Shown here piece by piece: positions 1 through 11,100 of a stretch of DNA of 64,000 bases (the stretch's first letter is position 1; every line of letters begins with the position of its first letter). The translations under genes and the position numbers were made by a program. Below the pieces are notes generated by a model. The model had not been told where the DNA came from, searched no databases, and saw only the letters and a list, made by a program, of their open reading frames with translations. This stretch comes from Stegastes partitus (lineage: Eukaryota), in contig NW_007579125.1 in NCBI RefSeq assembly GCF_000690725.1, positions 119,456 through 183,455 on the forward strand, written 5' to 3'.

Positions 1-199
1 TCCAGCAGTAGAGGTAGGAAGATCATTGACTTTATTCTCATTTACAGACATAAGGAAATATCCTGTTTACTTGTCAGCTTGTAACACTCACAGAAGGGTC
101 GATTCACTCAGATCACACAGCAGATATTTTGACATTTTTCTCTACAATTGCTATACTGTTGTTGAGGTTTTGAGATTTCTAAAATAATAAGTAAAGTAA

Positions 200-345
200 G
201 TGATTGGTTGTCTGTCTCTAAGTGTAGCCCTGTGATAGACTGGTTACCTGTCCAGGGTGTCAGCTGGGATAGACTCCAGCTCCCCATGACCCTAGTGAGG
301 ATGAAGCAGTGTATAGATAATGGATGGATGGATGGAAAATCCACC
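200..345 (+). mobile_element. SINE 3' fragment (same family)
   Basis: tggttgtctgtctctaagtgtagccctgtgatagactggttacctgtccagggtgtcagctgggatagactccagctccccatgaccctagtgaggatgaagcagtgtatagataatggatggatggatgg. Confidence 0.7.
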
Positions 346-1815
346 CAACCGGTCGAGGCAGATGTCCGTCCCTCCCTGAGCCTGGTTCTGTCGGAGGTTT
401 TTTTTCCCCTGCGGGGGTTTTCGGTTCCTTCCCACTGCTACAGACTGCTGAAGCTTATAGGGAATCCAGATGTTTTGGATTGTTGGGTGTTTCTGTCTCT
501 GCCTTTGTGAAGCGCTATGAGATGACTTGTTGTTGTAGATATGCACTACACAAATAAAACTGAATTGAAAATCTGAATTAAAAAGGATGTACAGTCGTGT
601 ATCGCAAGAGTAACTGGATCTCTTGAGACAAGTGTCTGGACGTAAAGCTTCTCCCTAAAAAAATCTCTATTTCAATGTTTATTGCTCAGAAATGATTTGC
701 TCCTCAAAATATGTTCAAAAAAAGTGAAGTAAATATAAGTAAGATCAGAGACATCTCTATAGTATGTCGTAGAATGTTTTTTAATGTCAGGTAAATGTCA
801 AGTAGTTTCGTTTCTCTTTTCAAACATTTGCATGAACTGATGGTTATTTCTAGTGGCCTGCTTCCTTTCACAAGTGCTTTAATGTATATTTACGGAGCCC
901 TTTTCACAGAAGAAGTATGAAAAAACAATAAAGAAAACACGACACAAGTCCAGTTTAACCTACTGTAAAAAATCATCGTGCTGCTGTCACTGAAAGTGGC
1001 AGCACACTTTGCTGTGGTGCTTGTGATAATTTACTTTGACTATATTGCTTTGAGTTAAATCTTTTGAACAAATTTGAATGGCCCAACATTGGTTTTCCCA
1101 GAACTGCGCGAGCGAAGGGGCCCCTCAGCTCAAGTTTTACTTCCTAAAGTCAACTTCACTGTTAAGCAACGAGTCAGCAGCAAGTCTGACGTAAGCATCA
1201 TGTGTGTGTGGCTGAAGTTAACAGCTTTTCGCTAAATCATAAACTGATAATAAAAAGACAGGACAGGAGAGAAACTGCTATTTGGTTTTTCCCCAACGTT
1301 CATTTCTCGTCAATGATTTATCGGCACTTACTGATTGACTGTGAAACGTGTTGTTGGCCTTTAAATCAACCGTTTTCAGCAGTTTAGATGCCACATTTAC
1401 ACAGTGCGTCATACATTTATGGTATGATCTGTGTTTTGTTTTTGTCTTTTGCAAACATTAATCATTATATGGTTGACTACAGCAGACGCCCTCACTCAGA
1501 CACTTCCTGCTTCTGATGTTTGTCATCAGTGTTCTCAATTTACAGATGAACTTTGTCACAAGTTTGTCCAGTCATTGAGAGAAACTGCCGTTTGGTTTTC
1601 TCTCCAAAGCTTCTGCTCCAGCGACTCGTTCTTAGCCTTTAAAACAGGCTTTTTTTTTTTTTAGTAGTTTAGACACCAGATTTACTCTGTACGTCTTACT
1701 TTTGAGGGTAGTTCTGTAAACTCAGAACCACCCACCTCTGCTGTTACACATCCCAGATCTGTGGTTTCATCTTTTACATAAGTTAACCTGATTTCTTTCC
1801 TCAGTTTCATCCAGA

Positions 1816-2109
1816 ATGTCGGCTGCAGCGGACGCCTCTGAATCCAAACAGACACCTCCTAGTTGTGATGTCTCCTCACCACCACCACCACCACCACCGT
1901 ATACCTACCAAGAACAGCAGCCTCCAGCTTACTCTGCAGCCCCGGCGACCTACGATCCATCCAAAACTGACACCACCTGCGCCTATCAGCCCTCAGGCAG
2001 ATATGAGTCTTTCTGCGACATAATTCCAGAAGCCCCATCCGACACGACTCCACTTATATCCTCGTCTTCTTTCGATGACAGGACAGTGAGGAGAGGGTTC
2101 ATCAGGAAG
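1816..2109 (+). CDS. GRINA-like TMBIM exon 1 (coding): ATG at 1816, donor GTTTGT at 2110
   Basis: ORF-track ORF 1816..2145. Encodes MSAAADASESKQTPPSCDVSSPPPPPPPYTYQEQQPPAYSAAPATYDPS...RTVRRGFIRK. An acceptor cctcag sits just upstream of the ATG, so a non-coding 5' exon probably lies further upstream. Confidence 0.75.
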
Positions 2110-5100
2110 GTTTGTAGTCTCGGTTTCCCCACGTTTGACGACTGAATGATAGCAACGTATGTGAGATATATTTGACTTTAGTTGTCTACAGCAATTGGGG
2201 GGGGACACAAAATGTTTCTGTGTGGATTGTCAGTCATCCAGGTAATCCTAAGAGCTTCAGCAAAAAGCAACTGGACTTCTCTTTTTGGTTCTTGAAGAGT
2301 AGAGAACCAAATCAAAACCCAAGAAGAAGAGTCCAGAAGCTTAAGGATTCAGTTTTATCTTTTTGCCTTAATCTTTGTTTTCTGACATGATGGGTGACGT
2401 TGTCTCATCAGGACACTAACAATGATTAAAACTAAAATTTAAAAAGTAATGCAGGGATTTACACCTCAGTATATTTGCCAGCTTTTACTGTTTTACGCAT
2501 TTTGACTCTCTCAAAAGATCAGTTTGTTTATGAGCTTTGCACCACCCACATCCACAGTTCTTCTCATCTGGTGATGAAGTTTTTCATTTTTCATTTGTTT
2601 AAGTGCCGTCTTCTGTCTTTTCCGCACGCGTGCAGGTTTTCAGCATCGTGACCCTGCAGCTGCTCTTCACCTTCAGCGTGGTGTGCGTGTTCACCTTCTC
2701 CAGCGAGGTCAAAAAGGCCGTGCAGGACAACCTGTGGGTTTACTTCAGCTCCTTCATCATCTTCCTGGTGGTCGCCCTCGTCCTCAGCCTCTGCAAGTCC
2801 TTCCGCCGCCGGCACCCGTGGAACATCGTGGGGCTGGTGGGTTACAAACGAGGAGTTCATCTGCAAAAACAGATGACTCCATTTTTGTAGATTTTCAGAA
2901 AACTTTTTATTGTTGATTGCTTGAAAGAGGATCAATCAAACTAAAGCTGAGTGGATTTGACTCAGTAGAAATGACATGACAAAAATGGAGATAACTTAAG
3001 TTTGATTGATATTGTCTCAGGTAGACAAATGGAAAGGTGAGTTTTCTGCAGATTTGTGAAGGCAGAGTTAATTGTTGTTGAACTCTTCAAATACAGGAGC
3101 ATAAAACCCCCAAAATAACTAGGGTTAGATATCCCTCCATCCATTATCTATACACCGCTTAATCCTCACTAGGGTCATGGGGGGCTGGAGTCTATCCCAG
3201 CCGACTTAGGGCGAAGGCAGGAGACACCCTGGACAGGTAACCAGTCTATCACAGGGCTACACTTAGAGACAGACAACCAAGCACACTCACATTCACACCT
3301 ACGGACAATTTAGAATCACCAATTAACCTCACCATGTTTTTGGACTGTGTGGGAAGAAGCCGGAGAACCCGGAGAGAACCCACGCTGCACGGGGAGAACA
3401 TGGAGACTCCACACAGAAAGATCCTGGTGCCTCTACTGCAGGGGTCTCGAACTCCGGTCCTCGAGGGCCGCAATCCTGCATGTTGTAGATGTGTCCGTCT
3501 TCCAACACACCTGATTCAAATGATCAGCTCATCATCAAGCTCTGCAGAAGCCTGATAACGATCCTGATCATTTGAATCAGGTGTGTTGGAAGAGGGAAAC
3601 ATCTAAAACTTGCAGGATTGCGGCCCTCGAGCACCGAAGTTCGAGACCCCTGCTCTACAGGGACGCGAACCGACAACCTTCTTGCTGCGAGGCAACAGTG
3701 CTACCAACTGCACCACCCTGCAGCAGGGTTAGATATGGGATCCTCAATGTATAGTTTGATAGTAAAAAATAATATCCATAACAGAGGAACCATGTCTCTA
3801 AAAGGAGATAAATACTGGATATGAAACACCTGATATCACACAGTCACATCCTGGACAGAGAAGTGAAACACTTTCTGCTTCCAGTTCAGCTGAAAGCATT
3901 TTGTGGAAGAACTACTTGACAAAAGAAGTTTCAGTATGAAATCAAATCAGTTTTCTTTGGCGGTTAAATGTTCCCTAAACATTCACATGAGTTCTCAGAA
4001 TTCTGTCTCAAAAGAAAACCTCAGCTTCTTCTAAAGCTGTTCTCACAGATTCAGCTGTGGTTTTTATTGACATGTTAATTTACATTTTGTTTGTTCAATA
4101 CTGCACCTGATGCAGAGCAAAGTGCAAACTAAGCACCTGAATGTGAAAGAAAAAACAAATGAACTGGATCCTAACACACCAGCGCGGGACGGAGAAGTTC
4201 ACACAGTGTCATTATGTGTAATACGGTGAATTTTGTGTCTTCAGGTTGTCGTCACCCTGAGTTTGTCGTACATGGTGGGAACTGTGGCCTCCTTTCACAA
4301 CACCATCGCTGTGGTCGTCACTATGGGAGTGACGCTGGCCATTTCTGTCGCAATCATCGCCTTCTCAGCGCAGGTTAGACAAGCAGGACTGAGTGAAAAG
4401 CTGCATTTCTTGACCAAACGATCGCAATATGTGTTTAAAACCACGTGCAGATGTTTCATTGACCTTCAGTTTAGAATTTTTTTGTTTTGGTGAAAAATCT
4501 ATATATTTTTTTTGACCATGAAGCCTCTTTGTAACTAATTTGGCGGCATGTTTAGGGTCATTGTCCATTTGGAAGACCCGTTTAAAGCTTTAACTTCCTG
4601 GCTGATGTCTTGAGATGTTGCTTCAATATTTCCACATAATGTTCTTTCCTCATGATGCCATCTATTGTGTGAAGTGCACCAGTCCCTCCTGCAGCATGAT
4701 GCTACCACCTCCGTACTTCACAGTTGGGATGGTGTTCTCAGACTTGCAAGCTTCCCCCCTTTGTCCTCCAAATGTAACGATGGTCATTATGGCCAACAGA
4801 TAGTTTGAAGGCATAATAATCTCAGTGTGTGGAAAAAAGAAAATATCATGTTATTTTGGTGAAAAATCAATCTATTTTTTTAAACATATATTTTAAATAA
4901 ATTATGTGGATCCATCCAACATAAGTACATCTGCTCTACTAACCACAAACTATGCAGAAATTATTTGGCAGGGTCTAACATCATGGTCTTATAAAGGTTA
5001 ATAGGAAACAAGGAAAATGCTCCTCCAAGACCTCTTTCTATCTCACTGTGAACTTCTGATAGTTCCTGTTTTGGATTGTTGGTCGACCAAAACAAGATTT

Positions 5101-6826
5101 TTAAATACATCACCGTGGTTTTCTAGGAAACTGTGATGGACACTTTTTAAAAAATATTTTCTGACATTTTGTCGACTATAAACAATAACTATCAACGTAA
5201 TCCAACGTATAAAGAGAAGACAGCTACAGTGTGTCCCTTTTTAATCCCAGGTCTCATTAAAAATGTGCAGAATTTAGGAAATCGAGTGCAAATCTTGTCT
5301 CAAAAACTGAATCAATTCTGAAACACCATAATTCCAAGTACAATCTATTTTATGAGGCCAGATTGGCAGGTTTTATTCGTCATGTGCTCATTTAATATGT
5401 GCAGTAAAATGCAGGATCATATGGAGGTTGTGCAATAAAGTAGAATAATTGGAACTAGAAATGGAAATGAAATGATTTTAAAATTTAGAAATGTGTGTAA
5501 TAAAAGCATTCAAGTTTACACAGGCCAGGTGTGTAGGTGGGTTGTGCAACTGGTATACACAACATTTTATGCACACAGATAGTTACATGTCATAGTCTGT
5601 GATATTTTATCTCTTTATTGCAAAGGCAGCAGCAAATGAATTAGAGAAACAAACTAATTAGTTTTTTCTGTTTTATTTTCAGACTCGTTATGATTTCACG
5701 TATTGCTACGGTTTTATGTTGATTCTTGCCGTGGACGTCATCATGTTTGGGTTCTTTTGCACCTTCTATTACTCGTACGTGGCTGAAGTTGCCTACGGAT
5801 GTCTGGGAGCTCTGTTCTTCTCAATGGTAAGAGAAAGACTTCAACATATGAACAGTTGAAACCAGAAGTTTACTTACACTGTACAAAAAAACATAAAATC
5901 TTTCTTTCTTTCCTCACTGTCTTGACATTAAATGTGACTAAACTTCTCCTGTTGTAGGTCAGATAGGGTTACTTATGTCATTAAAAATCACTAACCAGGA
6001 CCTAACTGGGAAAAGTAGCAGGAAATGGATGGATCGAATAATTTAAAAATAACACATTAAATTTTAGATGTGGATTTTAGCTGATGTTAGAAGAATATTC
6101 ATACCGAGGATCTTCCAGCTAATTTGTGCTGAAATCACACACTTACATGTAAAGTTATAGCCCACACAAACAAAACATTTAACACCTCTAGAAATGAAAT
6201 TCAAGATGGTTTATTACCTTTAAAGCTGTTTTCCATGAAGTAGGAGTCAGTTCTATTTAAAACAGATAAACCAAGGCCAGTGGATATAAAAATGGTTTCG
6301 TTGAGGCTGTGACAGTGTGACAGTGGGTCAGCATTCACTGAACCTGCAGCAGCTAAATAATTTACCTCGTCTTTGTTATTGAGAATGTGTTGAAACATCT
6401 CACAAGGCAAAGGACTCCTGATAAAAAAACACTGACTGGGGCGCCCCTATAGCCCACCTGGTTGAGTGGGCGACCCATGAACAGGGGCTGTAGTTCCCCG
6501 GTGTGGCGTTCGTGAGTTCGACTCCCGCTTGCGACAGTTTGCTGTGAGGTCTCTCCCCATTCTTCTCCCCCCTTTCCTGTCTCACTCTCTCACTGTCCTG
6601 ACTAACAAAGGAAAAAACGCCAGAAAGATAAAAAATTGAGTAGCAGCTAACTGATTCCTCACCCTGTTCTGAATCTCCTTCTCTGCCTCAGTTCCTGATG
6701 ATCGACTGTCAGCTGTTGATGGGGACATTTAGTTACCGTCTGGATCCTGAGGAATACATCAGCGCCGCTCTCACAATCTACCTCGACATAGTCCTCATCT
6801 TCCTCTACCTCCTGGGAAGGAGGTGA
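1816..6826 (+). CDS. TMBIM/Lifeguard-family gene, GRINA-like: gene span with 5 coding exons, predicted 300 aa
   Basis: Exon 1 encodes a proline-rich N-terminus ending ...RRGFIRK. Following exons read VFSIVTLQLL..., RRRHPWNIVGL / VVVTLSLSYMVG..., SAQ / TRYDFTYC..., and ...GALFFSM / FLMIDCQLLMG...PEEY...YLDIVLIFLYLLGRR*. These match the conserved TMBIM core (FIRKV, RRxHPWN, SLSYMVG, TRYDFT, DTQLL, PEEY, IFLY). All junctions are GT-AG and phase-consistent. Confidence 0.75.
2636..2836 (+). CDS. GRINA-like TMBIM exon 2
   Basis: Acceptor gtgcag|, phase 0. Encodes VFSIVTLQLLFTFSVVCVFTFSSEVKKAVQDNLWVYFSSFIIFLVVALVLSLCKSFRRRHPWNIVGL (TM1-TM2). Donor gtgggt. Confidence 0.75.
3131..3724 (-). mobile_element. 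same SINE family, minus orientation, with a nested palindromic MITE-like insert; flanked by an 11-bp target-site duplication (gggttagatat)
   Basis: 3131-3440 is the reverse complement of the SINE body and tail. 3640-3724 is the reverse complement of the tRNA-like head. Between them lie inverted arms (about 3440-3528 and 3558-3650: ggggtctcgaactccggtcctcgagggccgcaatcctgca...cctgattcaaatgatcag / ctgatcatttgaatcagg...tgcaggattgcggccctcgag...cgagacccc). gggttagatat occurs at 3121-3131 and 3727-3737. Confidence 0.7.
4245..4373 (+). CDS. GRINA-like TMBIM exon 3
   Basis: Acceptor tcttcag|. Encodes VVVTLSLSYMVGTVASFHNTIAVVVTMGVTLAISVAIIAFSAQ. Donor gttaga. Confidence 0.75.
5683..5826 (+). CDS. GRINA-like TMBIM exon 4
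   Basis: Acceptor ttttcag|. Encodes TRYDFTYCYGFMLILAVDVIMFGFFCTFYYSYVAEVAYGCLGALFFSM. Donor gtaaga. Confidence 0.8.
6437..6600 (+). mobile_element. second tRNA-derived SINE family (box A tagcccacctggttgag, box B gagttcgactccc)
   Basis: ggcgcccctatagcccacctggttgagtgggcgacccatgaacaggggctgtagttccccggtgtggcgttcgtgagttcgactcccgcttgcgacag... followed by a CT-rich tail, in TMBIM intron 4. Confidence 0.55.
6692..6826 (+). CDS. GRINA-like TMBIM exon 5 (terminal, stop TGA 6824-6826)
   Basis: Acceptor ctgcctcag|. Encodes FLMIDCQLLMGTFSYRLDPEEYISAALTIYLDIVLIFLYLLGRR*. Confidence 0.8.
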   Translation, partial: FLMIDCQLLMGTFSYRLDPEEYISAALTIYLDIVLIFLYLLGRR

Positions 6827-6973
6827 AACTGTACAAACATGTAAACACTCCAAAATGTGAAAGAAAATGTCCTTTATTATCATTATGTATATAACTGAAC
6901 TGCATCATGCGTTAAGCGACAAAAACTGAATCAGTGTTTCTGCAGAATTCTGTCTTTGTTTTATTTTTACATT

Positions 6974-6979
6974 AATAAA
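6974..6979 (+). terminator. polyadenylation signal AATAAA for the TMBIM gene
   Basis: AATAAA about 150 nt downstream of the stop, in an AT-rich 3' UTR. Confidence 0.4.
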
Positions 6980-7542
6980 AAAATATAAAACATGCTTTAC
7001 GTGTAGTTGTTGATTTTTTTTTTTTTTTGCATTATAACCCCAAACAATTATTAAAAGAAACAAAAACATCCAATTATTATTTTTTGGACATTAATAAGAC
7101 ACATTTCATCCCATCAAACTTGAGTTCCATCACTATGTTCTGTCCTTAAAGTCGGATTATTTATTAGATCCAGAAGGCCAATCGTGTTACACGGAGCACC
7201 GATGCTAAAACCAAAATGTAATGAACATAGCTTTCACTCATATTCAGACACTTATAGGAAGCAACACAGACAAAAAAAATAGTGCAAAATGTTCTATATA
7301 CTTTCTTCCCTCCATCCACTCTAGTAAACCTGCTGTAGAAGCCACAAAAGAAATGTTTTGATAGGGTCCTCACATTATAAAGGATGATGTGATACATGAG
7401 AAAAACGCAGAAAACCCGCCGTAGAAAAGTCAGTTTTGTGGATATTTCCCCCCAGTTTTCATTTACATACTGACTGAAATGCACTGAACTATCAGATCTG
7501 TTAAGTCCTGCTGGTCACGTCGCTGTCGAGCTGCAATTAGTG

Positions 7543-7548
7543 TTTATT
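7543..7548 (-). terminator. parp2: candidate parp2 polyadenylation signal (AATAAA on minus strand)
   Basis: TTTATT on the plus strand, about 400 nt downstream of the parp2 stop. Confidence 0.3.
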
Positions 7549-7948
7549 TTTCATCATCAATTCATATTCTGTCAGTTAGTCTATTTGTATAGAAAATGTC
7601 AAAAAGCAAAAAATGTATTAAAACTGATTGTTTTAGTGGGTGAACAGTCCAAAGATATTTAATTTAGAATCTTTTTTTTTTTTTTTAAAGCAGCTAATAG
7701 TGATGTTTGAAGAGATGCAACCATACTAGAAATGATGATTATCAGAATATCCACATCTTATTTTTCTGTCAGCTGGCTAATCAGTGAATTGCTGCAGAAA
7801 CAAGTGTTTCAGTTTCCCACCCAGCAACAGCCGATCCCCAAAAGCAAGAGCTACACGGGAGCCAAGTGCACGTGAAGAATGGCTGAACAACAGATCTGGA
7901 TGGAGAGGAGATTCCCAGATTCCACACCAGCACACCGTTTCTGCAGCC

Positions 7949-8108
7949 TCACCACAGCGAAGAGTAGTTGAACTGGATCCGCAGCAGGTACCTCATGCGA
8001 GTCTGGGCAGGATTGTAAACGATGAACTCGTTGTAGAGGAGCGAGTAGCTGTTGGTTTTGCCCACTCCGGTTTTCTTCGCGGGGCCCATCGGCACCGTCA
8101 CGCCGTCC
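7949..8108 (-). CDS. parp2: parp2 exon 16 (terminal, stop TGA on minus at 7951..7949)
   Basis: ORF-track ORF 7949..8212. Encodes (L)[52 protein letters not shown]. Human PARP2 ends ...NEYIVYNPNQVRMRYLLKVQFNFLQLW. Confidence 0.85.
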
Positions 8109-11100
8109 CTGAGGAAGAGAGAGACGAGGGAAAGTTGCGTTTTAGTTGTTTGTAACACATTAAGTACAAACTGACTTTCCTTTAAAATGATTCTCACTGT
8201 TTTTAAAAACATCCAAAACGTTTCAGATTCCTCTCACGAGAAGCCAAAACTAGTTTACCACTTAGTTCAACTTTCAAAAAAAAGCTGCTTTTTTGAGGTT
8301 TCAATCTTGTGCTCAATTAATATTTGTTGATCTTATTTATACATAAACAACCATCATTTTCTATTAAAGCAGCTCAGACTTTAACGTCAAGGTTGTGTGA
8401 AATGAAACGACTGCTTTGTTTCACGCTCGGCTCGCTGCACCGCGATAACAGCAGAGTTGTGTTGAATCTACAGAAGAGAAGCAGCACAGCAGGAGAAGCA
8501 GCAGAAGGTCAGTCCATTAGTGGATGAGTCACCACACGGCACAGTTCAGCATTTAGTATTTTGACTCTCGTTTAAGTGGTTTACATCCAAATTGCCTCCT
8601 GTGAATTTTTTCTTTTTAAAAACTGACATTTCTGTGCAGTGCTTGATCATGGCCCTCAATGAACAAGCCTAACGTATATTAAACAGATTAGGTAACCTAT
8701 ACAAGCTGTGTGAGGATGGAGGAGTCTCTGAGCTGAGTGTTGGACTCTGATGATGAGAACAATGACAGAAGTTAATAGAAAAACTGCTAAAGCTACTGAC
8801 TAGGACCTATCCCATGGCACCAGCAATGATTTGTTACTAGCATCATGCAAAACGGCTACTTCCTGTAAGATTTATTTTGATATTTGTCTTCGCTAATGTA
8901 ACTGCAAAACCTTTTCGCCAAGACGATGTAGTGGTTTTTAGTGTGTAACAGTTAAACACAACTACATCAGTACTTATCAGAGCAATGAGAGGGACTAACA
9001 GTGTGACAGAGTTTTTGGGGTCAGGTCCGGTCTGGCCCAGGCCCTTGGTGCTGTGTTTTCCAGCAGGCAGCTTGTTGGCTTCGTAGTCGGCGTCCAGCAG
9101 CTCGTTGGAGTCTCCCAGGGCGACCTGCAGCCACACAAACACAAAGAGCATTACCGTCCAATGACGTGTTGCATCACATCTGGGCCACACATGTGACATT
9201 ACGTTCAATTAATGCACTTCTTTGCTCATTGGCTGGATCAGAGAACGGCTTGTTAGAAGGACAAGTAAGAGCGACAAATAGCAGAAGTGACACCTGCAAA
9301 AAGAAAACCCATCGCAGACTGTTGAAGATATTTCCTCAGTAAATCTCCTGCTGCAGCACCTGAAGGAAAATAGTTATAGTTAACCTCAGATAAACTCACC
9401 TCACACAGTAGCAGCAGCCCAACCTTGTTGTTCTGGCTGGCAAAGCAGTAGTTGGCACTTTTTGACGACATGTCAGCAAAGTAGATACCTTTACCAAACT
9501 GCATGAAAGAGAAATGAGAAAATTAAGATGTATGGCGATGATATTTTGCAGCATAATCATGGATCACTTAGTTTGAAAATGGCCAAAATGTTTTAAAAAA
9601 TATGGAGAAATACAGTTTGAAAATCAAGAATGCGTCTGGGTTTTTCCGTCTCAAACCATCAGGGGCCTCCTGCTCGACGATCTCTGATTCTCTGGAAACG
9701 CTTTTTTCTCATAAACTATGAATATTTAAAATGCCATCTGTTAAATTTTAGACTGATTTATCAAATACGTGGAAAGATAAGTTTCCAAGATGTTTTTTGA
9801 CCTAATATTTTAAAATATAAACTAATATACATGATTTTGGTTTTTTTTGATATGCAGCTACATTTGGTTCAGAAAACATCACTAGTTGACTTTTGCATTT
9901 TTAATTTTAGTGCTTAAAGATGGGATTTTTTTAATTCATCTCACCAATAATTACAAATTATTTTATCTTCGTGTCCAATATTGCATAATCTAAATCAATG
10001 ACACGATGAGAAATAACTGTGAAAATTTAGACTTTTGTCCTGAGATAGTTTAATTCCAACATAACCATTATTTTAATGTGTGAAAAAAAGGGAAAATAGA
10101 AAAAAAATCTCTATATAGAAAGTCAAGCTAAAATTTCTTGAATATTATTATAAATATCCATATTTTTATCTATAAAAATGTCGGCCAAATCAGAGTTGGT
10201 TGAGTGAAAAATGATGTGGAAATCTGATTTTTTGGTAAATAGTCTGCACTTATGGAGCGCTTTTCCGCATTAGTGGTACTTAAAGCGTTTTACAACATGT
10301 TTCTGATTCACCCGTTCACAGACACATTGACAACTTTGGCTTCGGTGTCTTGTTTTTTTTTTCTTTGCTATTTTCTAAATCAGACTTGCTTTTGAGGCAG
10401 ACAAACTAACAGACGATCAAGTCTACGTGTGTCTTTTCTTCCATCCCTACCATGTAACCGGTGACGGGAGCTTCAGGTGGGGCGATTCGGAGGCCTTTAC
10501 TGAGGATGCCGACCCAGTTGGTGAGACGGGAACCGTGCCACAGCAGAGTTCTGGTCGTCATACAAACAGGCAGAGTTCATTGTAAAGTAAAACATCATTT
10601 TAATCAACATCACTGTCACATTTTTTTATAGGTAAACAAGGAACTTATGCTGCTCATACTGGATGCCATGTCTTCTGTGCACTCTTCAATTACTTTCTTA
10701 TCATATACGAACCATTTTTTTGCACTTCTGTTAACTCCACAGGTCACTTTCACTATTTTTTGCACCTTATAGCATTTTTGCTGATGTATATGTTGATATA
10801 CTTTAAATTTTAATATACACTTTTTTTATTTTAACACATACTTTTATATTCTAAATCCATGCTGGGCTAATTGCAACAGAGCTTCGTTCTGTGTGCACTT
10901 GTGGTACATTGAATGACAATAAAGTCTGTCTGGTCTAACTCTAACTTGACAAATCAGAAATCAAAGTCAGCATAAAGCAGTCATGACATTCCTGCTAACC
11001 TGTTGTGTATCTGCGAGAGGAAGTTGCCGCTCTCCCCGTCTCTGTCCACAGAGAACATGTCCAGGACAGTCATGGTGTAGTCACGGTGGGTGGAAGCATG

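Noticed and set aside
1860-1890. (CCA)n microsatellite
   Set aside because: It is in-frame coding sequence for the polyproline run of the TMBIM exon 1, not a non-coding repeat.
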